A stretch of DNA of 64,000 bases from NCBI GenBank assembly GCA_963783385.1, contig CAWANJ010000001.1:1-64000 (forward strand). Reading direction: 5' to 3'. Shown here in pieces: positions 10,048 to 24,095 of this stretch (within the stretch, counting starts at the first letter, position 1; every line of letters begins with the position of its first letter). Below the pieces are notes generated by a model. That model saw only the letters and a list, made by a program, of their open reading frames with translations, did no database searches and had not been told where the DNA came from. Source of the DNA: an uncultured Gemmatimonadales bacterium (lineage in GTDB: Bacteria > Gemmatimonadota > Gemmatimonadetes > Palauibacterales > Palauibacteraceae). The position numbers were made by a program, and so were the translations under genes.

Positions 10048-10095
10048 CGACCGCCCCGCCGGGCCGTCCCTCGACCGCCCCGCCGGGCCGTCCCT
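10048..10095. repeat. 24-bp perfect tandem duplication
   Basis: CGACCGCCCCGCCGGGCCGTCCCT at 10048 and 10072. Confidence 0.9.
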
Positions 10096-10101
10096 CGCCC
10101 C

Positions 10102-10998
10102 CTACTCCCCCTCGCCCGTCAGGTACAGCCGCAGCTTGCCCAGCACCGTGTCGGCGGTGAGCTGCACGAGGGTGCGGGCGGGGTCGTCGGTCACGTACAC
10201 GCGGGCGTGGCGCTTCTCGGCGAACAGGCCCGTCTCGGGAATCACCACGTCGAGGCCCACGACCTGGAAACGGCCGGCCGGCGTGCGCATCTCCCGCCGC
10301 TCGGCCACGTGGATGTGCACGGGATTGCTGTTGGCGCGGAAGAAGCGCGGGATCACGTAGTCGGCGCCGGGATCGAGCGGCAGGGTGCGGGGCAGGAAGA
10401 GCACGGCCACGTCGTCCACCGCGTTCTGGGGGATCGGCCCGCTCTTCGGCCGGTCGGAGGCCGGCTCGTACTCGGCCCCGGGCAGCGGCACGATGCTGTA
10501 CTGCCCCTCCCCACCGTCCAGCTCCAGCCGGTAGGCCTCCTTGTGGGGACCCTCGTGCAGGTTGCGGTCCGAGCGCAGCGTCCGCAGCGGCGCGGCCGCG
10601 ATCCAGCTCACCAGGCTGTCGTCCAGGGTGAGGAACAGGGCCCCGCCCTCGATCTGCAGCGTCACGGGGAAGGCCTCGACCCCGCCCACCTCGCGCGCCT
10701 CCCCCACGGAGAGGGTGGCGTGCGCGGCGTGGATCGGCCCCAGCGACAGACCGTACTCGAGCCGCGTGCCCGAGGGCGGGAGGGCCGGAGCCGCCGCGGC
10801 TCCGGAGGGCGCCGCCGCGGCTCCCGAAGGCGTCGCCGCGGCCCCCGACGGCGTCGCGGCGGCGCCCGCCGAATCGCTCACCGCGGGCCCCCGCTCGGGC
10901 TCCGCGGACTGCGCGGCGGCGGCCGACGCGCTCCACAGCATTGCGAGCCCCCCGACGAGCGCCAGCGCGCTCGCCCGCGCTCTCCGGCTCCTCCTCAC
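10102..10998 (-). CDS. DUF3108 domain secreted protein (paralogue 2)
   Basis: Shares LEYGLSLGPIHA, DDSLVSW, LRTLRSDR.LHEGP and LRLYLT with 2108-2941; GTG start at 10998 after AGGAAGGAG; GAAA(T/A)PS linker repeats. Confidence 0.8.
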   Translation of the reverse strand: MRRSRRARASALALVGGLAMLWSASAAAAQSAEPERGPAVSDSAGAAATPSGAAATPSGAAAAPSGAAAAPALPPSGTRLEYGLSLGPIHAAHATLSVGEAREVGGVEAFPVTLQIEGGALFLTLDDSLVSWIAAAPLRTLRSDRNLHEGPHKEAYRLELDGGEGQYSIVPLPGAEYEPASDRPKSGPIPQNAVDDVAVLFLPRTLPLDPGADYVIPRFFRANSNPVHIHVAERREMRTPAGRFQVVGLDVVIPETGLFAEKRHARVYVTDDPARTLVQLTADTVLGKLRLYLTGEGE

Positions 10999-11017
10999 CG
11001 CGGCTCCTTCCTCATCG

Positions 11018-14000
11018 TCAAGGCTTCTCCTCCACCCGGAGCGCATCCAGCTCGGCCATGCCGGTGTGCAGATCCATGCGGCGAGCTGGACTCCCGGCCG
11101 CCGGCGGCAGGTGGAAGACCAGCCGCATGCCGGTGGGCCCGATCACGAACGTGGCCTCCCCGCGCCCGGCTCCGCCCAGGTACACGAGCGGAAGCGGGTG
11201 GGGTCCCATGGCCCGGGCCGTGAGCGTGTCTCCCTTCGCCACCACCTCCACGGCCTGGCCGTTCACCAGCCGGTAGGTGCCGGCCACGCGTCCGGCCAGC
11301 CCCGGGGGCAGCGCCGGCCCCTGCCCGGCCTGCCCGGCCTGCCCGGTCTTCCCGGCCTTCCCGGCCTGCCCCGCCCCGCCGCCCGCGCGGCCCGTCGCGC
11401 CGGCCGCGCCCGGCTCCGGCGCCCCGAGCGCGTAGCGCGCGATCTCCTCCAGCAGCCGGTCGGGGCTCACCGAGCTGCTGTTCGACAGCACCACCACCGT
11501 CAGACTGTCGTCCGGGAAGCGCGCCAGGCTGCTGAGGAAGCCGTTGATCCCGCCGTTGTGCCACACGTACCGGTGGCCGCCCAGGGCGCCCATGAACAGC
11601 CCGAAGCCGTAGTGCGTGCTGAGGCCGTCGGGGAGCGTGTCGGGCGTCGTCATTTGCCGGAACGAGGCGGGGCTCACCACCTTCCCGCCGTGCAGCAGCG
11701 CCGTCCACCGCACCAGGTCTCCGGCCGTCGAGCACAGCGCCCCGGCCGAGAAGGGCGGGCCCATGCTGAGCGGCGCCGCGTTGACCAGCACCCTGTGGTC
11801 CAGCTTCCCCTCCCCCCGCACGGAGTCGGTGGCCGCGTACCCCTCGGCGCGGCCGGGGACGAGGGGCTGCCGCCAGCAGTAGCTCGTGTGCCGGAGCCCG
11901 AGCGGCGCGGCCAGGCTGTCGTCCACCAGCTCGTCGTAGGGCCGGCCGGTCACCTTCTCCAGCACGAGGCCGAGCAGGTAGTAGCCCGTGTTGCTGTACG
12001 ACCAGCGCGTCTCGGGGGGGAAGTCGAGCGAGTCGCGCGTGCCCATGTCCAGGACGACGCTGTCCGGGAGGTCCAGCCGCTCCTCCTTCTCGAACCGGGG
12101 GCTCGCCGTGTAGTTGGGGACCCCGGAGGTGTGGTGCAGGAGCTCGCGCAGCGTCACGGTCTTCCCGTGCGTGTCGTAGTCGGGCACGTACTTCGACAGC
12201 GGGTCGTCCAGCGACACGCGCCCGGCCTCGACCTCGCGCATGAGGAGGGCGGCCGTGAACTGCTTGGTCAGCGACCCGATCCGGTACACGGTCCCCGGCC
12301 CGGCCGCCGCGCCCAGCTCCACGTTCGCCTTCCCCCAGCCGCCCAGGACGAGCGTGTCCGCGCCGCGCACGACGCCGATCGTGAGCCCCGCCCCGGGGCC
12401 GTCGGCCAGCGCGGCCCGGGCCAGGCTGTCGACGTGGGCGCGCACCGCGGCGTCCGTGGGCGTCGTGTCGGGGATCGCGGCCTTCGGTGCCCCGGCCGCG
12501 CCGATGGCCGCCGTCTCCGCGTCCGCCGAGATGGCCGCACCGGAGAACGCGCGGGAACCGGAGGCTCGCTCCCCTCCCTCTCCCGGCCGGTAGGTCCGCG
12601 CCGCGTGCGCCTGCACCTCGGCCAGGGTCCACCAGGCCGGCTTGAACATGCGGAGCGCATACAGCGGCGCCTGGTCGAAGAAGTGAGGCGACGCCGGGTC
12701 CGCGCTCTGCCCGAACACGGACACCGAGCGCGCCACGGGCTCGGCGCCGAAGTCGACCACCTGCAGGGTCGAGTTCCCCGCCGTCCCGTACTGGCGGCCG
12801 ACCGTCCACCGCTCGTGGGCGGGGTCGAACGACGGGTAGAACGCGAACACGGCCCCCGCCGCCCCGCCCACCGCCACGCTGGGGAGCGAGTCGCTCAGGA
12901 AGGCGGGATCGTCCTGCGGCGGGCGCTGCAGCCGGTTCACCTGGCCCCACGGCACCTCGAGCGTCCCCCAACGGGCCCGCAGCGCCTCCAGGGTCTCGGC
13001 CAGGTCGACCAGGCCGGTCCACGGACTCGACGGACCGACCGTCCCGTGCACCCCCGCCAGGAAGCTCTTGTCCACCGCCAGCTCGAACCAGGTGGTCTCG
13101 ACCGATTCTATCGTGGCCTCCCGGTCCCAGGCCGCCAGCCGCGGCATCGCCACCGCCAGGTCCGCGCGGCCCGGGCCCCCGGGCGCGAGCTGCGACGGGA
13201 GCGGTTTCCTGGAGCCCGATCCCGAGCCCGATCTCGCCCGGGCGCCCGCGGAGCCCTCCGACCGGAGCGCCTTCCAGGCCCGCTCCCACGCGGGCACCAG
13301 GCTGTCGGCCGCGGCCAGGTTCGTGTCCCATACGGCCCGCGCGAAGCGATCGAACGTCTCGCCGTGCATCGCCGCCAGTGCCCGCCGGCTGCTCTGCGAG
13401 CGCACGTTGTCGGGCTCGGGCCCGATCATGGTCGGGGGGAAGTCGCTCCGGGCGAACGGGCGCGGAACCGTGGCCACCATTGGGGCCGAGTTCGTGTTGA
13501 GGAGGAAGCCGGACTTCGGGTCGAGCACCTGGGGCAGCTCGGACAGGGCGTGGTAGCCGTGCCACTCGGTCCGCGGGTCCGAGCCGTCCACCGGCCGCCG
13601 CCAGTCGAAGGCCGTGTCCCGCCGCGGGACGGCCGAGTTGTACAGGTACCAGATGTGCCCGTCCGCGTCGGCGTACATGAGGTTCATGTACGGGATGTCG
13701 AGCCGCGAGACGGCCTTCCTGAACTCGGCCAGCGAGCGCGCGCGGATCATGGCGTCGAGCTGGTCGTCCCAGCCCCCCTCCCGCAGCTTCGCCAGCCGCG
13801 CGGCCAGCGGTCTTCCCGCCGAGTCCAGCCCCACCACCGGGCCGTGGTGCGTCTTCCAGAAGCGCAGGGTCCGCTCGGCGACGGCGCCGTCCCTCCCCTT
13901 CACCTTCACGGTCTCGGTCCAGGTCGTCGCCTGCCGGTGTCCGTCCCCGTAGCGGTAGGCGAGCGGGTGGCCCGGCTCGTCGAAGCGCTCCACGTACAGG

Positions 14001-15001
14001 TCGCCGATGTCCGCGTAGTTGTCGGTGAACGCCCACCCGAGCCGCGCGTTGTGGCCCATGTAGGGGAGCGCGAAGCCGAAGCGGGTGAGCCCGCTGAACG
14101 CCAGCCCCTGGTCGCTGTGGATGTGGATCTCGAAATAGCGCTGCACGCCGAAGAAGGACTGGTGCGGATTGACGAGGAGGTAGGCGTGCCCGTCCGCCGT
14201 GCGCGAGGGCGCCAGCGCCCACTCGTTCGAGCCCAGAATCCGCCCTCCGAGCGGACCCGGGTCGGACCCGGCGTAGCGGACGATCGTCCGTGAGGCGAGG
14301 AGCGACGAGGCGCCGGCCGGAGACGCCGCCGCGGAAGCGCGGCCCGGGAACGCGAGCCCCCCGGATCCACCCGACGCCCGACCACGACCCACCGCCGCGG
14401 CCCCCTTCCCCACCGGCCAGCCGCGCTCGAGCAGCCGCTCCCCCATGGGCTTCCGGAAGCCCGCGTAGCCCAGGAACTCCAGCTCGTCGTACTTGAAGCG
14501 CAGCAGCGCCAGCGCGTACCACGGCTCCACGCGGTCCAGCCAGCGCTTCCGGTCCGGGTGCGCGGCCAGCCACGCGTTGAAGCCGTCGGCGTACGCGTCC
14601 AGCAGCCCCCGCATGCGCGGCGACTCGCGCTCGTACTCCTCGCGGGCCAGGCGCGGAATCTCGAGCGCCCGGTCCAGGTAGTCGTCCCCCAGCGAGCCTT
14701 CCCCGAGGAACTCGGCGGCGCGGCCCAGGGCCCGGGTGAAGTTCTCGTCCACCAGCTTCCAGTCCGCGTCCGCCTGCGCCCAGGCGGAGGCGAACAGCAC
14801 GCTCCGGTCCGTGGGCCCGAAGATGTGGGGCACCCCGTAGCCGTCCACGTAGATGACGGCGCCGGTGTCGGCCGGCGGCGGTGACGGGGCCGGGGCTCGG
14901 GCCGCAGCGCCGGCCACCAGCCCCCCCGCCGCGACCGCCACGACCGCGGCGGCGGCGCGCAGGAAGCGCGTCCTCCTGTCAGAATGGATGCGAGCACGCA
15001 C
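11018..15001 (-). CDS. Fusion of penicillin acylase family Ntn hydrolase and beta-lactamase-family serine hydrolase
   Basis: DGYGVPHI, GSNEWA (nucleophile Ser) and NPH; then GSLTKQF (SxxK), LLHHTSG, YSN and HNG; GTG start at 15001 after GAGGAG. Confidence 0.85.
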   Translation of the reverse strand: MRARIHSDRRTRFLRAAAAVVAVAAGGLVAGAAARAPAPSPPPADTGAVIYVDGYGVPHIFGPTDRSVLFASAWAQADADWKLVDENFTRALGRAAEFLGEGSLGDDYLDRALEIPRLAREEYERESPRMRGLLDAYADGFNAWLAAHPDRKRWLDRVEPWYALALLRFKYDELEFLGYAGFRKPMGERLLERGWPVGKGAAAVGRGRASGGSGGLAFPGRASAAASPAGASSLLASRTIVRYAGSDPGPLGGRILGSNEWALAPSRTADGHAYLLVNPHQSFFGVQRYFEIHIHSDQGLAFSGLTRFGFALPYMGHNARLGWAFTDNYADIGDLYVERFDEPGHPLAYRYGDGHRQATTWTETVKVKGRDGAVAERTLRFWKTHHGPVVGLDSAGRPLAARLAKLREGGWDDQLDAMIRARSLAEFRKAVSRLDIPYMNLMYADADGHIWYLYNSAVPRRDTAFDWRRPVDGSDPRTEWHGYHALSELPQVLDPKSGFLLNTNSAPMVATVPRPFARSDFPPTMIGPEPDNVRSQSSRRALAAMHGETFDRFARAVWDTNLAAADSLVPAWERAWKALRSEGSAGARARSGSGSGSRKPLPSQLAPGGPGRADLAVAMPRLAAWDREATIESVETTWFELAVDKSFLAGVHGTVGPSSPWTGLVDLAETLEALRARWGTLEVPWGQVNRLQRPPQDDPAFLSDSLPSVAVGGAAGAVFAFYPSFDPAHERWTVGRQYGTAGNSTLQVVDFGAEPVARSVSVFGQSADPASPHFFDQAPLYALRMFKPAWWTLAEVQAHAARTYRPGEGGERASGSRAFSGAAISADAETAAIGAAGAPKAAIPDTTPTDAAVRAHVDSLARAALADGPGAGLTIGVVRGADTLVLGGWGKANVELGAAAGPGTVYRIGSLTKQFTAALLMREVEAGRVSLDDPLSKYVPDYDTHGKTVTLRELLHHTSGVPNYTASPRFEKEERLDLPDSVVLDMGTRDSLDFPPETRWSYSNTGYYLLGLVLEKVTGRPYDELVDDSLAAPLGLRHTSYCWRQPLVPGRAEGYAATDSVRGEGKLDHRVLVNAAPLSMGPPFSAGALCSTAGDLVRWTALLHGGKVVSPASFRQMTTPDTLPDGLSTHYGFGLFMGALGGHRYVWHNGGINGFLSSLARFPDDSLTVVVLSNSSSVSPDRLLEEIARYALGAPEPGAAGATGRAGGGAGQAGKAGKTGQAGQAGQGPALPPGLAGRVAGTYRLVNGQAVEVVAKGDTLTARAMGPHPLPLVYLGGAGRGEATFVIGPTGMRLVFHLPPAAGSPARRMDLHTGMAELDALRVEEKP

Positions 15002-15130
15002 GATGACTCCTCGACTCCTTTCCAACCTCCCGACCTCCCCTGGCGTCGAAACCGTGATCCGAGCGCGCCGCCTGACACTATCGGTCCGCGGGGCCCGTAG
15101 GGAAACGCGTACCCCTGAAAGGAGCCAGCC

Positions 15131-16021
15131 ATGAGAGCCATCCGGACCCCGGTCGCCTTCGCCGCCAGCGTCGGCGGCCTGCTGCTGCTCGGCGGATGCG
15201 ACGCGGCTCAGGCCGCCCTCCACCAGGCCCACCAGGCCGCGGCCACCGCCGCCTCGGAGGCGGCGTCCACCGCCATCAAGGCCGCCACCTCCGCCACCTC
15301 GACCTCGGCGCCGGAGAAGACGGCCACCTTCGACTGGAAGGGCCGCGTCGCCGCGGGCAAGACCCTCGAGATCCGCGGCGTCAACGGCGGCATCGAGGCG
15401 CGGCTCGCCGACGGACCGGACGCCACCGTGCACGCCACCCTCACCGGCCGCGACGACGACCCCTCCGACGTCCGCATCGAGGTCGTGCCGCACGACGGCA
15501 GCGTGACGCTGTGCGCCGTCTACCCGGGCCACGACAACGAATGCCAGCCGGGCGGCGGGCACGAGTCCGTGCACCGTAACGACGTCCGGGTCGAGTTCCA
15601 GGTCGCCATCCCGGCCGGCGTCGTGTTCACCCCGTCCACCGTCAACGGCGGCATCCGGGCCGAGGGACTCGAGGGCCCGGTCAGGGCGCGGACCGTGAAC
15701 GGCACGGTGAGGGTCGAGACCACGGGCTGGGCGGACGCCCACTCGGTCAACGGATCGCTCGACGTCCGCATGGGGAGCACGGCCGCCTCCGGCGGGCTCA
15801 GCTTCAAGACCGTGAACGGCTCGATCTCGGTCGAGTTGCCCTCCGGCGCGGCCTTCGACGTGGACGCCTCGACGGTGAGCGGTTCGATCTCGACCGACTT
15901 CCCGCTCACGGTCTCCGGCCGGTTCATCAACCACCACGCCTCCGGCACGATCGGCGGCGGCGGTCCCGAGCTCAGCCTCAAGACGGTGAACGGGTCGATC
16001 GGCCTCCAGAAGGGGAGCTGA
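15131..16021 (+). CDS. DUF4097 beta-strand repeat (adhesin-like) lipoprotein
   Basis: Lipobox LLGGC; repeated (T/S)VNG.(I/V) motifs. Confidence 0.85.
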   Translation: MRAIRTPVAFAASVGGLLLLGGCDAAQAALHQAHQAAATAASEAASTAIKAATSATSTSAPEKTATFDWKGRVAAGKTLEIRGVNGGIEARLADGPDATVHATLTGRDDDPSDVRIEVVPHDGSVTLCAVYPGHDNECQPGGGHESVHRNDVRVEFQVAIPAGVVFTPSTVNGGIRAEGLEGPVRARTVNGTVRVETTGWADAHSVNGSLDVRMGSTAASGGLSFKTVNGSISVELPSGAAFDVDASTVSGSISTDFPLTVSGRFINHHASGTIGGGGPELSLKTVNGSIGLQKGS

Positions 16022-16034
16022 GGCCCGAGCTTTC

Positions 16035-16068
16035 GGAGGACGGGGGCCCTCCCCGGCCCCCGTCCTCC
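16035..16068 (+). terminator. GC-rich hairpin after the DUF4097 gene
   Basis: Perfect 14-bp stem GGAGGACGGGGGCC/GGCCCCCGTCCTCC with a 6-nt loop; no U-tract. Confidence 0.55.
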
Positions 16069-16093
16069 CCCGGACAACCCTCCCCCGAACTCG

Positions 16094-16111
16094 CCTGTCC
16101 TACAGGTGTAG
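16094..16111. promoter_or_regulatory. Candidate GntR operator
   Basis: Overlapping palindromes CCTGT-cct-ACAGG and CTACA-gg-TGTAG directly upstream of tandem GntR genes; matches the GT-N-AC pattern of GntR sites. Confidence 0.35.
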
Positions 16112-16113
16112 TC

Positions 16114-17163
16114 ATGCCACCATGGAGGGGGACAGGATGGGTTGGACGGGGAGGGGATCTCTCGGAGTCGTTCGGCGCGCCCGACCGCCGGGAGCGGAGC
16201 GCGCTGCACCTGCACGCACCGCTGCTGGCGCGCATCCGCGCTTCCCTGAGACGCTGGCTCCAGGACGGCACGCTGGCGCCGGGCCAGAACCTGGACGAGC
16301 GCAAGCTGGCCCGCCGGCTCGAGGTGAGCCGCACGCCGGTGCGCGAGGCCATCCTCCTGCTGGCCGGCGAGGGCCTGGTGGTTCCGCGGCCCGACGGGGG
16401 CTACCGGGCGGCGCTCATGCGCGGCGACGAGGGCGCCGACCTCTTCCGACTCCTCGGAGAGATCGAGAGCCGGGCCCTGTTCCGCGCCGCCCCGTACGGG
16501 GCGCTCGGCCTCGCCCGGCTCGAGGAGCTGGACGCGGCCCGGGTAGCGGCCACGACTCCCGCCGAGCGCCTGGCCATGGACCGGCGCTGGCACCATCACC
16601 TCCTCCCCGCCCACCGCATCGGCCAGGTGTGCCGGGCGGAGCTGGACCGGCTCGAGGGCATGGCCGCCCGCTACCAGCTCGTGCTGCTGGCCGGCACCGA
16701 CGACGATCGCGTGCTGGTGGAGCCGGTGCTGGAGCACCGCGCCATGGTGGACGACCTCCTGGCCGACCGGGTGGCGCGCGCCGCCGTCCGCCTCGAGCGC
16801 CACTGGCTGACCGGCGCCGCCGCCGCGGGCGCGCTGGCCGACCTCCGGCCCGGGCGGCGGAGCGGGAACGGCCGCGGCCTGAAACGTGCCCCGGAGGTCG
16901 ACGCGCACGCTGGCGCACCGGGCGCGGCGGGCCCGGACCGAATGAAGATGAAGATGCGGATCATGCACGCGCTCACACACGGAGACGGTCACGATGGGAT
17001 ACACGCTGGGCGAACGGGACGAGGCGGAACGGCAGCAACGGGAACGGCGGCCACGGCGTCCTGCCGGGCGTGCAGCTCCACAAGACGCCGCTGCGCGAGC
17101 AGATCCGCAGCATCCTGCGCGGGTGGCTCGTGTTCGGCCGCATGGCCCCCGGCGAGGGCCTGA
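16114..17163 (+). CDS. GntR family regulator with FCD domain (paralogue 1)
   Basis: LAPGQNLDERKLARRLEVSRTPVREAI...EG and EHRAMV; both ends uncertain, and the real C-terminus may lie near 16880. Confidence 0.8.
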   Translation: MPPWRGTGWVGRGGDLSESFGAPDRRERSALHLHAPLLARIRASLRRWLQDGTLAPGQNLDERKLARRLEVSRTPVREAILLLAGEGLVVPRPDGGYRAALMRGDEGADLFRLLGEIESRALFRAAPYGALGLARLEELDAARVAATTPAERLAMDRRWHHHLLPAHRIGQVCRAELDRLEGMAARYQLVLLAGTDDDRVLVEPVLEHRAMVDDLLADRVARAAVRLERHWLTGAAAAGALADLRPGRRSGNGRGLKRAPEVDAHAGAPGAAGPDRMKMKMRIMHALTHGDGHDGIHAGRTGRGGTAATGTAATASCRACSSTRRRCASRSAASCAGGSCSAAWPPARA

Positions 17164-17726
17164 ACGAGCGTGAGCTCGGCGACCAGCTGGGCTCGAGCCG
17201 CACTCCCGTCCGCGAGGCGCTGCTCCTCCTGGCGGTGGAGGGCCTCGTCGCCGTCCACCCCCACGAGGGCTACTTCGTGGCGCCCGTGACCCGCGAGGAG
17301 GGCGAGGACCTGTTCGGGCTCCTCGGCCACGTCGAGCGCCGCGCGCTGGTCGCGGGCCGGGCTTCCGTCCGGGGCGGAGCTCAAGCGGCTGGAGGAGATC
17401 GACCGTGAGCGCCGCGACACCGGCGACGCGGTGCACCGCATGGAGCTGGACCACGAGTGGCACGACGCCTCCTTCCCGTCGAGCGGATCGGCGAGGTGTA
17501 CCGCGGCGAGATCGACCGCCTCGAGAACCGCGCGGCGCGCTACGAGCTCGCCTCCCTGCAGGACGAGGCCGACCAGGAGGGCGCCCTCGAGGAGCACGCG
17601 GCCATCGTGAAGGCGCTCCGCAACGGCCAGCTCGAGAAGGCGGCGAGCCTCCTGGAGGAGCACTGGCTCCGGGGCGCCACGTACGCCAGGAGCATGCCGG
17701 TCGAGGAGCAGCGCCGCACGGCCTGA
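16994..17726 (+). CDS. GntR family regulator (paralogue 2), frameshifted
   Basis: PLREQIRSIL...SRTPVREALLLL in one frame, continuing through frame changes near 17360 and 17465 to EEHAAIVKAL...LEEHWL. Confidence 0.8.
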
Positions 17727-17758
17727 AGTCGACCGCCCACCGGGGCCGCCCGCGCCGC

Positions 17759-18487
17759 TCAGCCTCCCTCGCGCAGCGCCCTCAGGATGCGCTTCGTCTC
17801 CTCCGGGAAGTCGGCGCGGAGCATCCAGTCCACGTAGTCCGGGTGCTCCGCCACCGGCTCGCCCGCGTGGCGGCCGAAGTCGAACACCACCGCCTCCGCC
17901 GTCCGGCGGAGCTTCCCGGCCCGGTCCACCTCCCAGGGAGGCGCGCTCAGCTCGAGGAGGTCGGAGTCGACCAGCCCGTGCTCGGCGCACAGCGCCTCGA
18001 GCAGGGCGGGCAGCACGGCCGTGTCCCCCTCCGAGGCGTGCGCATCCCGGTGGGGCCGGCCCAGGAAGCGCACCACGGCCGCGGCCAGCGTCATGCCGCC
18101 CGGCCAGCCGGCCGGCTCGAGCGCGGACCACACCCGGTACAGGTCGATCTCCAGCACCCCGGCCAGGTCGAGGCCCGGCTGGCCCACCCGCCTGAGCTCG
18201 GCGTCCAGGAGCGGCGTGTCGAAGCGCCGGATGTTGTAGCCGCACAGGACGCGCCCCTCGAACAGCCGCTGGAGCTCGGCCGCGGCCTCCTCGAAGCGGC
18301 GCTCGCCTCGCACGGCCTCGTCGGTGATCCCGTGCACGCGGGACGCCTCGAGCGGGATCGGCACGCCCGGGTCGAAGCGGCCCAGGTAGACGGGACGCGC
18401 CTCGGGCCCCTCCACGGCCGCCAGCTCGACGATGCGGGACGTGTCGGGATCGAGCCCCGTGGTCTCGAGGTCGTAGAACAGGATCAT
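17759..18487 (-). CDS. DEDDh 3'-5' exonuclease (DnaQ/ExoX-like)
   Basis: DLETTG, GYNIRRFD, HASEGD and C-terminal FGRHAG. Confidence 0.9.
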   Translation of the reverse strand: MILFYDLETTGLDPDTSRIVELAAVEGPEARPVYLGRFDPGVPIPLEASRVHGITDEAVRGERRFEEAAAELQRLFEGRVLCGYNIRRFDTPLLDAELRRVGQPGLDLAGVLEIDLYRVWSALEPAGWPGGMTLAAAVVRFLGRPHRDAHASEGDTAVLPALLEALCAEHGLVDSDLLELSAPPWEVDRAGKLRRTAEAVVFDFGRHAGEPVAEHPDYVDWMLRADFPEETKRILRALREGG

Positions 18488-18598
18488 GCCCCGAGCCTAG
18501 CGGGCCGGCGGAGGCTCGTCCAGGATCGAGGAGGATCCGGGCCGGCGCCGCACCCGGGACTGTCGCTCGCTCTCCCCGGGGGCTGTAACTTGTTGTGG

Positions 18599-19627
18599 AT
18601 GACATCCGACTCGACCACGCGACTCTCCGGGAGCCCGAGCCGCTCCGCTACCGAGACGTCCGCCAGGGACCTCCTGGAGGACCTCGGCCGCTTCGGCCCG
18701 ACGACGCTGGGGTGCTGCTGCTCCCTGGCCCTCGAGGCCAGCGAGCTGTGCGGCGACCGCCAGGTCCGGGTGGATCTCCCGGGGCCGGGATCGGGCGATC
18801 GTGCCGGAGCGCGGCCCATGCGACCGGGCGACGGTCGCGCACCGGGGTCGGACTCCGGCACCGTCTGGCTGGTGGTGCCCGGGCCGAATGCCGCCGGCAA
18901 GGTGGAGGTCCGGCTCTGGGTCGAGGCGGACGACGACGGCCCCCTGCCGTGCCGGGACGCCCTCGGACCCGTGGTCCGCTGCGCCGGCCTGCTGCTGGAG
19001 CGCCACCGGCTGGAGTCCGAGCTGCTCCAGGCTACCCGCGAGGCGGCCAGGGCCCGCGCCAGCCTGGCACACCGGCTCCGGGGTCACCTCAACTCGGCCC
19101 TCCTCCGGACCGAGTCGCTCCTCCGGTCGGGGGTCGACGCGGACCGGGCCCAGATGGAGAGCCGACCTCGGCGGGATCCACGATGCGGTGCTGGCCATGG
19201 CGGACAAGATCCGCGACGTCCTCGAGGACTCGGAGCCCGGCGCGGCGGCGCCGCCCGGCGCGCGGCAGGGCCGGAAGGATCTGGTGCGGTTGCAGGACCT
19301 CCTGGGCGTGGACGCCGACCTCCCGCCCGTTCGGGCCGACGGCCGCCGGTTGGAACCCGCCATGCGGGAGCTACTCGAGTTGACCCGACGCTGCGGGGGT
19401 AGCCCGGAGCTGCGGACGTCCGACCAGGGCCTCCGGATCACCCTGAGCCTCGAGGCACCACCTCCGGCGGGGACCGGAAACGAGGGAGCGCTGCCGGCGC
19501 CGGAGCCCGCCGCTTCACTCCGGGAGGTCGTGGCCGACCTCGGGGGCCGGATCTGGGTGGAGGCCGGGGGCCGCTCCGGCGTGGCGGTGAAGCTGGTCCT
19601 CCCGGCCGAGGGTCCGGGCCTGCGGAC

Positions 19628-19631
<4 letters not shown>
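18599..19631 (+). CDS. Degenerate histidine-kinase-like protein, frameshifted near 19160
   Basis: H-box-like LAHRLRGHLN; C-terminal ADGRRLE and LGGRIWVE...V.LVLP resemble HATPase, but the N and G2 boxes are missing. Confidence 0.5.
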
Positions 19632-23734
<4,103 letters not shown>

Positions 23735-24095
23735 CTCACACCGTTCTTGGCCGGGTCGAAGATGGGCCGACCGGACGCTTCTACACGTCCCAATCCACGT
23801 TAGAAATGCCACGCAGAGCCTCCCCGTGCAACGTCGCGGGCCCCTTTCACCGCGGGCGGCTGTGGCGGCGCCGCCACTCTCTTCCCCGCAGATTGTCGCG
23901 GACCGACCACTGTCTTGCGCTCGCCGCCGGCGCGCGGTCGGCGGCCCCATCACCCGTCATTGGCGTGGGCCGGAACAGGTTGCGGCCGCCGTTCCGTCCG
24001 ACTTCGCGCCGGCGCGGGACTTGCTCTCTGTTTGTGGTTAACCCGCGAGAGGGGTGGGGACTTCAGCGCCGGAGACCCGCCGGGGGGGATCCGTC

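Noticed and set aside
24030-24095. c-di-GMP-I riboswitch upstream of the diguanylate cyclase (also considered at 53780-53870 and 3650-3710)
   Set aside because: Only vague resemblance; the conserved GCAAA elements and P2/P3 pairing could not be built. An Infernal search against Rfam would decide.
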